Of a stretch of DNA of 64,000 nucleotides, positions 1-13,400 are shown in pieces (position 1 is the stretch's first letter; every line of letters starts with the position of its first letter). Source of the DNA: Ophelia neglecta (taxonomy: Eukaryota). A model generated the notes under the pieces. The model made no database searches and was not told the DNA's origin. It was given only the letters and a program-made list of their open reading frames with translations. Both the position numbers and the translations under genes were made by a program. The stretch covers positions 90,644,001 to 90,708,000 of the forward strand of contig OZ260662.1 of NCBI GenBank assembly GCA_965285935.1, given 5' to 3'.

Positions 1-926
1 GACAAATTTAAATCCTTGAACTAAGTTAGTTGATTCAGCACATTCTATTGACAGTCTAACAATGACCCAATAAATATGTGTTATAGTTTTCATTATGAAA
101 AACAGGATTGTTTACGAAAAACGTTTATAAATTCTGCGAACTTGCCATTTGTTATACAATTAAAAAGAGTTTTGCTATCTTGGCTGGATGACAATACGGG
201 TGCACAAAAATGATACTGTAGATCATTGGTAATTATACATTCAATTTGTTTTGTTTTGGTTTGCTTGGCTCCGTATTTGAAATCGACAATACGCGTAGGT
301 CAATGGCCAAATTTTTATGTGGAACTGCATTGAAGTACTAATTGTACAAGACTTGAAAGTCATAGGGGTGGCCGAGTGCTTCACTTCTACAGGGCTGTGG
401 GACAAATAGACAAGAACTCTGTCTGATATTAAATGGTTACTGATCTGATACATAGACCAATGGTGTTTATCAGACATGGAGGCAGTAGCAGAAAAATAGA
501 ACACCAGGCATTTGCAAAGTAATAGTCTTTCAAATTATTCTCATTCAGATATAAATTTCGATTAGATTCGCACGCAAAAGTTTGAAGTTATTAGCTTAGG
601 AAAGGAGTGCTGTGAATGGCAGGGGTGTCATTTTTCTCACAAAATAGACCATTTAGTTAGATTAGTATTTGGATATTTGATACATCCGGGTTAAATACTT
701 GAATTGAAACACTATAGTTTAATGAATTTTAAAATATCGCAGATTTACAGCATAATGATACTGTTATGATAAGTCCGCTACTTCTTATGGTTGTTAGTAT
801 CTTATACTATCTGGGACATAATAATCTAGGTTTTTATTTCCAAGTTTGCATCAGTAAATGTAATGAATTCCAAGAATCAGAACTAAACTATTTACCCTCC
901 TCACAGAAACAGTGACTGTACATATA

Positions 927-1107
927 GCAGATCCAGGATTTCAGGAAGGGGGGGGGGCACATTTTACCAAGGATGACAAGGCAAATGTTTGGATTGTCCC
1001 CGTTACTAACCCTCTGAAAGCACCTTGCGTGGGTCCAGAAATAGGCACTGGTCTAGGCCCACCTTTTGGCAAAGTCCCCCCCCCCCCCCCCCCTGAATCC
1101 GCCACTG
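927..1107. mobile_element. MITE family A copy 1 (CAGTGGCGGAT TIR; left TIR lacks first 5 nt)
   Basis: Ends ...GAATCCGCCACTG; internal sequence is the reverse complement of copies at 17724 and 35135; flanked by ATATA (922-926, 1108-1112). Confidence 0.85.
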
Positions 1108-4100
1108 ATATAGCGACTGATCTTACTGTGGCTTGTTACCGTGCAAGGGTATGTATACATGTATATACAATAAAGATGTCCTCGAAATTCGAATGAACAT
1201 TATATCAACGCCACAAGCTTAATGTGAACATGTATTATACCACAAGAGGGGGTAAATGTCCGCCTTTCAGAACATTATACCAGCTTTATGATTGGACGAA
1301 GCCATTGTCACGTGACACACGGTGTCATACAACTAGACAACCCCTGGTTGAGTCGGGTACCTGTTGAATGAAGGTTAATGGTGGATTTACTTTATGGGGC
1401 TCTGGTAGTAAATCAGAGGAAATCGGTGCGCAGCACTCGCGTAGTAATTCTCCATGAGCTGATCACGGGAGTAAAGCCATCGAGTCGTCTGCTAATGGAG
1501 ATCAGGAGATTTCCTGATGAGACCCGGTCCAAGATCAACCCAGGGGATTTAATGTAGCCTAGGTCACTGGGTATAGTCAAATGAAGTTGGGGGACATCCA
1601 CGTCAAAGAAAACATGCAAAACATAATCTTCACAACAAATACATAACCTGATATATTTATTTGTTTACAAAGTTTCATAGATGCCAAGCTGAATGTCATC
1701 TTCGTATATTCTCTGATGTGGTATAGTGGGCCAGTGAATCAGCAGCGTAGAAAACTGTTTTAATGTTAAGATTTGTTTGGTGGATGATTCCTTCGTTAAG
1801 TTTATGTGCAATTAATGCATAGAGCCTTACAAAAGATATAAGTATAATTTAGTGTATATGATTAATAGGTTGCTATATACCTGGTGAAAAAATATAGACT
1901 TGGTTTGCTTGAAAGTGCAAGTATTAAACTTCAGGTACCAAGATGTGGTATTATCAAAGGCTGGGTTCGGGGAGCAAGTCAAATTGAGGGTAATGATAAG
2001 TAAACATATTAGAGGTACCCGCTGTAAAGTCACGATCGGGTTTAGTATGTGAGTGTAAGATGTCGGATGATAAACGAGCTCCAGTGGCCAATGCTTGAGT
2101 TATGGCCACGTGGCCATTCCACACTAATTAGATGATGCGCACTTACCCGGCTGCTAACGAGGCAATGATTATAACCGGGCAGTAAGGATGTAATTAGTTA
2201 AGTTTATTGTCTCCTTCCATTTGTTGATTAAGCTGTACGCGCATTGTTAGTTTACAGGCGTGCACGAGTCGAACTACCAGGCAGGTTCCAACAGCCCTTC
2301 AGGTACCTTTAAAATGTAGCAACTTCCTCACATTCGAAATGACATAACTAGGTCACCATATCATGTATCGTAGTAAACTCGAAAACAAGGCAAAGGTTTG
2401 TTTTAATATACTTCTACTGATAAGAAGCCACCAATAATGAATTTGCAAATAAACAAGATGCGAATATCATATAATTGCTTATGAATCGTATCATCCGAAA
2501 AACAAAGATCATGTTCCATTGAGTGAACAGGAAACTAAGGCAAGATTGAAAATACAAATCTGGTCCAAAGACTTCCTGCGCCCAATTTAAAAACTAGATC
2601 ATTAAATTTCTGCTCGAACTCGCAATATTTCATGGCGCCAAAATATATTGTGTTACAGTATTTGAAACTTTTGTTGCCTTTACTCGTGCCAAGCCTGGTA
2701 GGTTTTTGTCTTTACAGGCATTATTAATCAGTGTTAATTTACCATCCTTGTCGGATTTTTTCCTTCAAGTCCCTGGAAGTAAACTGGGAAGAGCCCTGGC
2801 AGTTAGCACCAGTCACGAGCCGAGGGACTTCCAGAAACGTTCACTGGGCGAGTTTCCCGGGAAACTCACATCGATTTTATTTGATCAGAACCCCCTCGAT
2901 ATTTCCATTTGCGCAACAAAGCGTGTGCCTCGCATCAGACTCGGCTATTCATTGCCAGAAATTAATTAACTGCCTGAAGCAGAGCTATTGTTTTGAGAGA
3001 AAAGCTGGGTTAGCTATGACAAGCGCTATGACGTCTGAATGGGACTTTTCTTGATTCTCTTTGACTTTGCGTCACAACAGCTCACTGTGGCAATGTGCAT
3101 GATGAAATTATTCTACAATCTGAGCCGATACGCAAACGAAACAAGAACAACACTCTACGTATATTATACGACCGGTGTGCGTAGCTGATAGCATTGATGT
3201 AGACGGTGTATGAATGAAGTCAAAGAAAATCATTTAAGCCCTATGACTATTGTGGTTCCATTCAATATAACTACGTGTATATGCCTATAGGCCTACTAAA
3301 CTGATAATGGCAGAAACCATTATAGCTATGAGGAAAACAGTCTTCGAATTGCCAGTAAAATTGTTCGAGCTTTAATGTTTCTTGTGTCCCAGGTTTAGGG
3401 AAGGACCGAGTGAGGTAATGAGTAACGACCCGAGCCGGTAGAGTGTCCCGATCGAGTAGAGATCGTCACGGCAAATCGGCGTCCCGGGTCCCAGGACATG
3501 CGCATGACTCCCAGATCCAGGGATGATTATAAAACTCATCTCCCGACTGGCGCTGCTGTAGACATGGCCCGTTTTGCCCTATCAGTTTATTGAGTCCTTG
3601 AGCATCCGTCTGTTTGCGCAAAATAGTATCCAGCTGAGGCAATTCTGTTCCTGCGATGACCCTTGACCGATATTTGGGGTCTGCTTTGTAGCGTGCCTCG
3701 ATTTCGCGGTCACCACGTGACCCGTTGCATTGCGCACGGCTTTGATTGTTAGAACGAATGTCGTCTGCAGCTGCACCAAACGAACTTCACGGCCAGAAAC
3801 GCCTGATTGCAACGTTAATTGTTTCCAGTGACGTCGGGATCGTGCTATAATGAATATTTATCCCTCAAAATCGGACATCGGTCTTCGATAACGGCCACCG
3901 GCAACGTTTACCATCAGTGCCGAGCGGTAAATAGTACTACAAGTAATAATTAAAGTAGGCGCGTAGATACATTAATCCATCGCAATGTGTGAACATAAGA
4001 TTAACGCTCTATAAATCTGTTCTCCTGGTATTTTAGTAGGAAAGCAAATGTCTGTATGAACAGTCAATGGGATTTTGTGAGCTTGTCTGTAGTATTATTT

Positions 4101-6107
4101 CATATTCCTAGCCAGGTTGAATACCTAAGAAGCTGGAAAATATTGAATCAAAGAAAAGCAATTTTCATGCCCCTATACTAAACACAATTTTATTGAGCGA
4201 AATGTGTTAATGATATCAAATGATGATTGTTAAGAGGATGGCATATTGTACAAAATAATTTAAAATAATCCTGTGTGATAATGTTAAGTCTGATTAATGA
4301 TCGTGTGAATTTATCTTGTAAAGGAAGATTGAACTCAGTAGGGATCAGTAAATAACATTAGCAAAACTGAGCTCCACTAGCGATCTAATTAGGCAAACCA
4401 CATTAGAACTCAATCCAATATAAAAAAGACATCTCTTGCGGGAGCTCAATAATAATAAAGGTGTCAGAATTTCTCGGCATAAACTACCGTTGCCTACTCG
4501 GGAACAGCTCTCGTTGTGCCTGCAATTTTCTTGATTAGCAGCTGGCTGTTTGAACGCTCTCCTTGATATTACCACTTTTTTCTCGTTAGATTGCATAGTT
4601 TTTTCCCGGCATGCAACCTGTCAAGATTTGGGCTATCAATTACATTATAAGGTGATCTGTTATTTACATCAGGCATTGTATTTACCATTGTTCTATAGTC
4701 GATTCTCGTTCTCCGCCTGTTTGGAATGTATATGGTCGGAGATTATTTGATACCACACACCCTAATCAAGCATTCGGCTCCGAGTCCAGCACCTCACGAC
4801 CAGGCAATATCAGGATGTCATACTGTGTTATAGTTCTAATAAGTTTCCAAAAACTATTGGAGCGGGAAAGCTAAAAAGCGGATCACTTTACGCGTGGGGG
4901 TAATACCTGAAGATCACGTGGCAGGTCGGAAAACATAAATTGTGCCGACCTGTGGCCCCTGGCATTAACACCACAACAGGCCAGTCATCAGTCAATTCGT
5001 TTAGCTAATCTGGAAGACGCCTGTCAGGTTGAGTAGGCAGCCCTGATAGGCCCAATATATGAGCTACTGAAGAACCTGACACCAACAATACCTTGTTACT
5101 ATCATCATGAGGACATTTGGTTTTAAATAATCTCATAACAGGCCTATTGAAGCTTTAACAGCAGTGTATTAGGTCCTTTGCTCAGAACGGTTTGAAGAAG
5201 GATGGAGTCAGACACACCAACCGTCCGACACGTACGCCACAGAATCAATCCGGATTAGGAAAGGAAATTATTTTCCGAATTGGCTCAAGTAGCTCTCCTC
5301 GTCTGGAAACATACTCTGAATGCCAATCACACAGAACAACTTGTCTGTTCTTTGAAAAAAAAGGACGAATCCCGTCTTGCGCGGTAAATAGCTTTCATCG
5401 GCGATGAATAGACGGAGAGACGACTCCGGCAAATGGCTTAGCTCTCAACGCCGATTGCCTACTGAGCACTGCCTAGATTTCACTGATGGATGCCTGTAAA
5501 AAGATGTTTGATATGCAGCCGTAGTACTATTTCTACTATTTAAGTGCCCTTGGACGCCAGGGACTGATGTAGAAATGGGAAAAAAATCAACGCTGATCCC
5601 ACGAGAGAAGCTAGTGATAACAGTGCTCGTGGGATAATTGCAAATGCTGCTCAGGGTGTGACGTCAGACTAGTAATAGTTAGGCCCATAAAAAATAATCA
5701 TGTCTGCCTAATATTCATAATCGTTGACTTCTATGACGAGCACTTTCAACTACTAAAATGTGATTGTATTCAATACAGACTCATTATTTGCAAATTGAAC
5801 CTAAACTGTACGTCCAGTGAACGACTGTCTTCTCGTTTTCCCGCCCAAAACCCCTGCAGCCATTGGCCGGATGTACCCATGCATTGGTACTATAAGACTG
5901 TCATAACCGCTTATAACAGTTATGTCCTATTTATTTAAATAACAGCATATTTTTAAACGAATAACACTAATTGACGATGGATGGATCCCATTATATTCAT
6001 TAGACATACATTAGATAGGACCTAGAGTTTGTATGTGTATGCTGCCATCTTGTGAAATGTCAACAGTCCACTCATACAATTCATGATCAAACCTCCTACA
6101 ACAAGTA

Positions 6108-6265
6108 CAGTGAAACCTGTGAACTAAGACCACAAAAGGGACTGGAATATGCTGGTCTGATTTTGGAGGTGGTCTGTTTAGACATATACAGCACGGTCCT
6201 CACATTAGTGGTCTGAATTAAGAGGTGGTCTGTTATGAAGGTGGTCTTTAAGGCAGGTTTCACTG
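6108..6265. mobile_element. MITE family B copy 1 (Tc1/mariner-like, TA TSD)
   Basis: TA|CAGTGAAACCTG...CAGGTTTCACTG|TA; internal repeats of AGGTGGTCT. Confidence 0.88.
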
Positions 6266-9200
6266 TAATTCAAATAAGGCTTTCTTTGCAAGATGGCTAC
6301 CGTTAAGTGCTTAAAATTCCTCCTTCAGAAATATCTTCATTTCTATATAACAATGGAAGTCAGGTGGCAGTGTATTGCCGTGCAGAATATTCGTCCAAAT
6401 ATAGGCACGAGGGCTATTTACTTTCATGTAAATTGAAATTTTTATCTGACCACAATTGAAATAATTATAAACACAGCTCTGTATTTCTTTAACAAATGGG
6501 CCACGATTTACAAGACAAATATAAGATGACTACACTTTTCTTGGAATAAAAAGTGTCTATAGTGGATAAAAACATTACATTATACTACCATGCAGGCATG
6601 GTGTATTATTTTTATGGCTTCAAACATGAAATTTCATAGAAGGCGTTGTAAATATCCTGCTATGAAGATGACAATGTTCCACGCATGAAAATCCAACCTG
6701 CTGCATGCAAACATGTTAATTTTAGTTATTTTTCGAACTGTTGCAATGCAAATTCAAGTGAGTTATAAGCTACATTATATATAATATATATGCGGGTAGG
6801 CTTCTAGTTAATGATGACTGGCAACACAAAAGAGTAATATCAATGCTTAATGTTGGTCTGCAATGAACCAATATTTAAGGGTGGCTTTTAGGAATTAGGA
6901 TCCCACAGTTTTATAATGATGAACAGACTCAAGGCGTGACAGCGACAATAAAACATTGAAATCATTTCGAATGTCCCTGTTACTGCTAGAGTAATTAATT
7001 TCCGCCTAAATGAGTTTCGCTTTGCCTCCTGGCTGCCGATATGCGCTGGTTATTCTCAGAAATGTCTTAATATCGACGATTCTATTCGCTGCGCAGTGTC
7101 GGAGTGATGTAGTAGGGAAGTCGATTAAAAGAGACAGTTTATGAAAAGGATTGAACCAACTACAGATGCTTTTTATTAAATAGGCAGAAAGGCTTCCTAT
7201 CGCAGAAAAAAATCATATCACTATCACGAATCGGCAATACATCAAGCGTTATTAAATCAGAACATGTTTGCCCTTTGCGAATCATTCATATGTATCGCAA
7301 AAATACGACTTCCTAGAAAACAAAAATCATGCCATGACTCACAACACTTGGCGACTGCCGTTTTTTGTGCCAAACGAGTTTTCCGTTGTCAAATGATATC
7401 ATTACGATCCGCCATCCGGCCTCGTAACAAATATCGCAAGCTTGCTCCATTTTTCATTAGTTAACCTTATGAATTTCAGTACAATGACAATGTTTTTGTC
7501 TCAATTCCGAATTCGTCTTAGCCTTTCATCTTTCGATACATTGCAATATTCAGTGCTTTTGGACCGCGGCGGGTATGGGGGGGGGGGGGGCATGGGAGGG
7601 TGGAGTATTGGAAGAGGGGGGGGGGGGGTTGAGAAGGGAGGGGTTATATTTGAAGATTAATTCAATGCGACATTTTTCCTCAAACTTTTTCTCTTTAGCC
7701 TGGAGCCTACTTTTTTTTTTCTCCAATTGTGACCAACAATGTTTTTCATCATAGGCCTATATCATCTAGAATAAGTAAAATAAGTTTTCTTCATTCAAAG
7801 GTAAAATTGGCTTAAACCAAACAGACTAATTTGCTGAAAAAACAACTGAAAATAAAAACGCGTGTTTATTTATGGGAGGTGGGGGTCTTTACCAAAGCAG
7901 ATTGTCAGGGTTAATGAAATGAGGTATCCAGTATCACTGAATTTAATGGCAAAGCTGAGCTTATAAGAAAATAGGTGGGTTCGATGTCACAGAAAGTTAA
8001 TGAAATATCTAAGGGCAGGAATCGGATGAACAAATATGATGTTTCTTCAAAAAAAGAAACCCTCTGTTTGAAATTAAAGAATGGCGTAAATTTAATAGGA
8101 GCTATATGTCACCTTGGTCCGGAAGTCCATGTTCCCGAGACCTTTGATCGTACGACATATATATATCTGGTTTTCCATTTCTGAGGCACAACTGTGGTAC
8201 GATTTGTCTTGGAATTCAATAATGAAATGTCCGTTCATATATAGCTGATCCCGGGACCGTCTTTTAGAATACGTCTGCTTTCCGAACGCTGTTAACGATA
8301 ACATGTGTATCTAATATGGACGGGGTGGGGGATCGGCCTTCTCTCGGGTCTGGATTTTATCTCGCTCCTTGGTGCAAGAGAACCTGCCAGTGATTTTCGG
8401 AAGACTTTAATTCCTGTAGTCCTGTATCTAGGATCAAAGTCAATTGATAAGGCATTTAACTCCATCCGCATAAAAGTTCTGAATAACCTATGATTTCATA
8501 TTAATCAAATTTTGATAAAGAGTGTTATATATGTAAACAAAATGCTGGGACGCGAAAGCACACGGATGACATTACCTATAACAATTGACTCGTATAAACC
8601 ACAATTCTCCATTTATATGCCAACAATCGTTACCGTCTTTTCCGCATGTTTTGCTTTAGTATCTCAAATGTAGAACATACATCGAAAGGCGGCCTAGGGT
8701 GGGGGCCCTACGCAAAATCATTCGCTTCTATTGAGACCAAAACAGGTGTATGCTTATTTGAATCTTTGAAGGGATTTTCCGTGATCCGAAAGAATTTTAG
8801 TGCATAAATTATCAGATTTATCATCAAGTCTATTATTATTATTTTCATCATGACTATTATTAAAGATCTTTATTCTGGATAGTAATGGTGTTCTTCCTAG
8901 GGGTCCTGTTACATTATACAGTATAAAAACGTACCCAGGTAGGGCCTATACGTTCTGTACATAATATTATGGGACATGTTAACATTCATTCATAAGCATG
9001 AATATAAAATCGTATATAAAGGAATATGATCATACATGCTATTCACCACATTAAACTGATCTGACTGACATTTTAAAAACAGCTAAATTCTTTAGATGTC
9101 GCGCATCACCATTGAGATGTCCCCACAAGTTGAAGCCTTTTGTGTTTGTGTTGAGTTAATATAAAGACATCAATCTAACTTACAGTGATCTCTATCTGAT

Positions 9201-10199
9201 GGTTATGTATTTGCATTCGCAGTATTTAGCTTAAATTGCATTAGCTTAAATTGCGTGAAAACCACGTATGAAATAAGACCTGCAAGCAAGGCTTAAAGAT
9301 ATGTAAGTTTCTGAAAATCGCGCGTCTAATTTTTAGGGCAAGCCCCTCGATAAATTTTAGCCATGTATTTCCCCCTATGCTGATTTTCAGAAAATATGTT
9401 ATCTGCGCTGAAGTTTTATAATTAAATATTACGTTTCAGCCTAAAAATCGAAGTTGTCTATAATTGCAAATAGTGAGCACCTGCAGTATTTTCATCAATT
9501 AAGCCTCTGTCATCTGTCATGTTCTGGGTAAGTATATAATTTTCATTATCAAAATTAATAAACAAAACGGTCGGGCGCTCGTATTACTGCTGCGCATGTC
9601 AAACTACCAGAAACAAATACATTATTTTTTTGGCTTTATGTTTTGCAGGTGTCAACCATACACGCTAATAAATACAAAATATTATCGTCAGATTAAAACA
9701 TTTTAGAAAAAAAAACAATATTCGCTTGCATATAAGCCTTGTAGGGCATTCCTTCGCGCGGAGGGTGCGCACTGACCCGTGCGTGTTCTTCCAAGACCCA
9801 ATCACAGTTTAGACCTTCTAAAGCCACTATTATAGGTGCCGTTATATCATAATAAAATTGGTAAACAGCAACCCAGACTAGTTGATGCAAACGGCTTTTT
9901 TTCCTCAGAAATTGCCTACTTAGCACAAAACTTTTTAACTGTCCCGAATGAATGACATTTATCAAGTTGTTTTGACGTTTTAGAGATAAGAGCACAAATA
10001 GCATGCATGCGCCCATCATGTGTTATGGCACATGCCTGCTACTAATCAAGTACAGATACTCCGAGCGATGCAAATGAGCGTGGCTTATTAATTTGTTTGT
10101 GGAGCCTTTCACGGGCTGCTCCCTGGTCCAGGGCAGCCTCGAAGCTGCAATCGACCATCTATGCCAGAATGATCCACTCGGATGTACTACGGTAGTAGC

Positions 10200-10393
10200 G
10201 TAGCCCGTCGTAGTACGCACATTGGCGTTTGACGGTGATGTGTAATTCCCGGCACGTCATTCACTGCAGCACACGCACGCCAGATACGGTCGGAGACGCG
10301 CGCAACACGAAAGTCAGCGTCCGGATAACGGCAGTCAGAAAAGGAGGCAACTGGTGCAAAACGTTCAACAGAAACAGAAGGAGAACTCTCAAA
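10200..10393 (+). promoter_or_regulatory. Putative promoter/5'UTR of gene 1
   Basis: CpG-rich stretch directly upstream of the signal-peptide ATG; reverse CCAAT (ATTGG 10221-10225) and Inr-like TCATTC (10257-10262). Motif-based only. Confidence 0.4.
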
Positions 10394-10478
10394 ATGTCTG
10401 ACAAAGTTCGGATTATCTTCGTTTTTCTACTGCTGGCCACACTAGGATTCTTCCACACTTCACTAGCTGCCATGCATG
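10394..10478 (+). CDS. Gene 1 exon 1, signal peptide MSDKVRIIFVFLLLATLGFFHTSLAAMH
   Basis: AAAATG start context; basic n-region, hydrophobic h-region and SLA c-region; donor G|GTATGT in phase 1 matches the phase-1 acceptor at 26000 (G+AG=Glu). Confidence 0.75.
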
Positions 10479-13400
10479 GTATGTTAAATTCTGTGTTCCC
10501 TTTTTCAATATGTCTTTTTCGTCGGAAAACAGGAAAAGGTGAGAATGATAAAAAAAAAGCAGGTACTTTGGCGATTCTACCTTATTGAGTATTGAGTAAT
10601 TTGAGGGATTTTGTCTATTTTACTCCGATTTTCAGGAAAATCAACGATTCGAACTAAACTCTTATCAGGACATTTGAAACGTGTCTTTTAAACAGACTGC
10701 GCTTGTCGATTTGAGGCAGACTGCACTAATGTTAGTGTAAATAACTTATGTAAATTATTAAAACAACCTGATCGCCCATCACAATAGTTGTTGACAAAGC
10801 CATATAATTTATACTCCCGTTATCACTCGTCTGGTCTCGGCCCTGGATCTTCGTTCTATGTTATTTGATGCTTTTAACTGTACAACCTGGATTGCTGCCA
10901 ATACGAGCTCGATGTAAATATTGACGTGTTTTAACCCGCCTATCGACCGAGCAGAATGAACCAGCATGACTGAGACTAGGAAACCAGCCTTTATTTAACT
11001 TTGCATAAAACTACTTTGTTGGGCAGACGATACAACACGACAGGTCGATGAAACTCTCGTGTAGAACCAGCGAGATTTAATGTGAGGTCTCATAGAGTAT
11101 CAAGTACTTTACAGCTACCAAAACAACGCTGCTACCGTACGCTGTACTTAGAGCAAGGCATCTTGCTTCTTTTTAATTTATTGAATGTGTTCATATAAGA
11201 CATAGAAAAACGTAGGCCATTTCTCCTCGGCACTTTGTAGGTTATATTAAAGGTCGGAATAACTGTTACGTGCATGTAAATTGACATTTGGTGACTTCAC
11301 ATGCTGCCTGAAGTCGTCTGGCTTTGATTTGAGACGCCATAAATTTGGAGTCGGCGACTTAACCTTTAGTCGTTCTCTGTGACGTAATCATTTCAAAGCT
11401 TCTAACATAACACGCAGACGTGTGTTTTGCGACATTTATCGTCGCAAAGCGATCAATATTTGTCCTAGTATTTCTAGAGATCTTTGAAGCGCGTGGATGT
11501 TATTCAATGCCTGCCTACCCCATCCTGAGCGCTGCCTTATGCTTGTCACGTTCTGGTATTTAGAAGATTCTTCTTGTTTCTCTCATCTCAGTCGGCAGCC
11601 GAGAGCTGGCCACGATATGGCGCCCTTTTATACACCTCACTGCCGACGCTAGCCGAGTGACTTAGAAATGGGCATCTGTTAACTTAATGACGTCTTCAGT
11701 TAAACGATGGCTTTCGACGTACAGACTTAAATATGATCAGTGATTCGCGGAGAATTTCCATCTACAACATATAAATACGTTTCGAAATAAGTTCCTCATT
11801 TAAACCGCTGAACGGACGCCATTCATCCACGATTATTTACATCAAGTGACAGCATGTGATAAAACTATGATGCCGAATCTACAATAAAAACTCGAAGATT
11901 ATACTGTTATTAGCTTAGGTAATTAGAATTATGTATTAGAAACACAAACCTTTTGAATATTATTTTACTAACGTCCAATCAATCACCAGCTGCCTTGGTT
12001 TAATTGCTGTCTAAAGTAGATTCGTTAAATTCCTGATCACTGGCTACATACTGTTAGCAGGTGTCCCGTGTGAGAAGGCAGACGTAATTCTCAATCGTCT
12101 GCGCACCCCGCAGATTAATAAACCATCCAGACCTTCCTAATTTGTCCAAGTCCCTTTCTACATCATTACAGACGGTATAACGACATCGGCAACGATGAAC
12201 TTCTGCTGCATTCGGCAATAAATCTGTCGGTAGATGTCTCTGTCTTATATTAATTGGCCACGTGAGAGGGGATCTTGACACTAGTCCGAAAAATTCCATC
12301 TCTGTAGTTTCTGAGTTAGGTTAATAAGACCAAATAGTGCTTTGGAGCCGATGATTTCTGGTTTACTAAGTACCCGCATGGAGAAGGCAAGGCCTGGGGC
12401 ACCTATGGACCGTTCTCTCTGGGATTCTTTTTACCCTGACCTGCTTGTCTTGGGTTTCATTCATACTTGCCCTGTGGGTACTCGATTAATGATTTCTGTG
12501 CCAGAACAATTGCTATTACAGGAAGACAGCTGAGCCAAATGGGCCAAGATGATTTGAGAGGAGAAAATTGTTTTCTAGGGAACCGCCATGCCGGAAGCTC
12601 TGACGGTAGTCTGCTCCTGTGGTATCTCAAGTGCTCTTGAAAACAACAACTGTTCTCATGTCCAGTTGTTACTTTCATCTGTTCATGTTATGTTATCATG
12701 TGTGTGTAGTTACAGACGCATGCCGTATTAGAAATATAGATATGTTATCAGTATGCCTAATTATAAAGTTTCACCAGAAAACAATCTAAGTAAAGACCCC
12801 GCATGCACTTCAAACAGAACATTTCTCTTTTACGAAGCCAATCAGAAATCAGCACAGGACACGCAACGAACTTGATACGCAAAACATGCAAACACTTTGT
12901 TATTCTGTCTTGTCCAACTGCACACTATCTGATAGAATGTGAAACGTCATCATTTATGTATGGTTTGAGTATAGACTACTCCCCTAGATGTCAGCCGGGC
13001 ATTAGTTATATGCGATAAGTTGATAAGTGAATATGCATTGATGTCCACTGTGTATGCCTAAGGCTTATGGAGCAATGTTCTCTAACAAAAGCCTGGTACG
13101 AAAGTGGGAGATGTCATTGAGGTCTTATCAAAATACACATTTCCATAGCTTCCATTCTAATAAGTAATCTAATGATAAATTTCCATCTGTCCATTGTTGA
13201 TTTTAGGAAACACGATTAGACCCACGTGACTCATAAGATCTTGGACTTCAATTCCCGAGTCTGTTATTGTGGTTGGTGCCCAATTGTTAGAAGTTTTAAC
13301 TGGCATCTCTAATGAAAAAAAATCATTAAAAACATTTCTTTCGCAGAACATTCGTCAAGTCGATTAGTGGAATTCTTTACAATTTGACTAGATTAATGAG

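Noticed and set aside
912-1196. Pro/Gly-rich ORFs at 912, 17587-17918 and 34901-35389 sharing peptide similarity
   Set aside because: They are translations of MITE family A copies, not genes.
1513-1545. Hammerhead ribozyme cores (CTGATGA/CTGACGA at 1513, 13440, 53953)
   Set aside because: No paired stem II with GAAA and stem III/UH arrangement.
1234-1727. Possible ~490-bp element bounded by inverted TATACCACA/TGTGGTATA
   Set aside because: Only about 9 bp of inverted match, no TSD and no clear second copy in the window.
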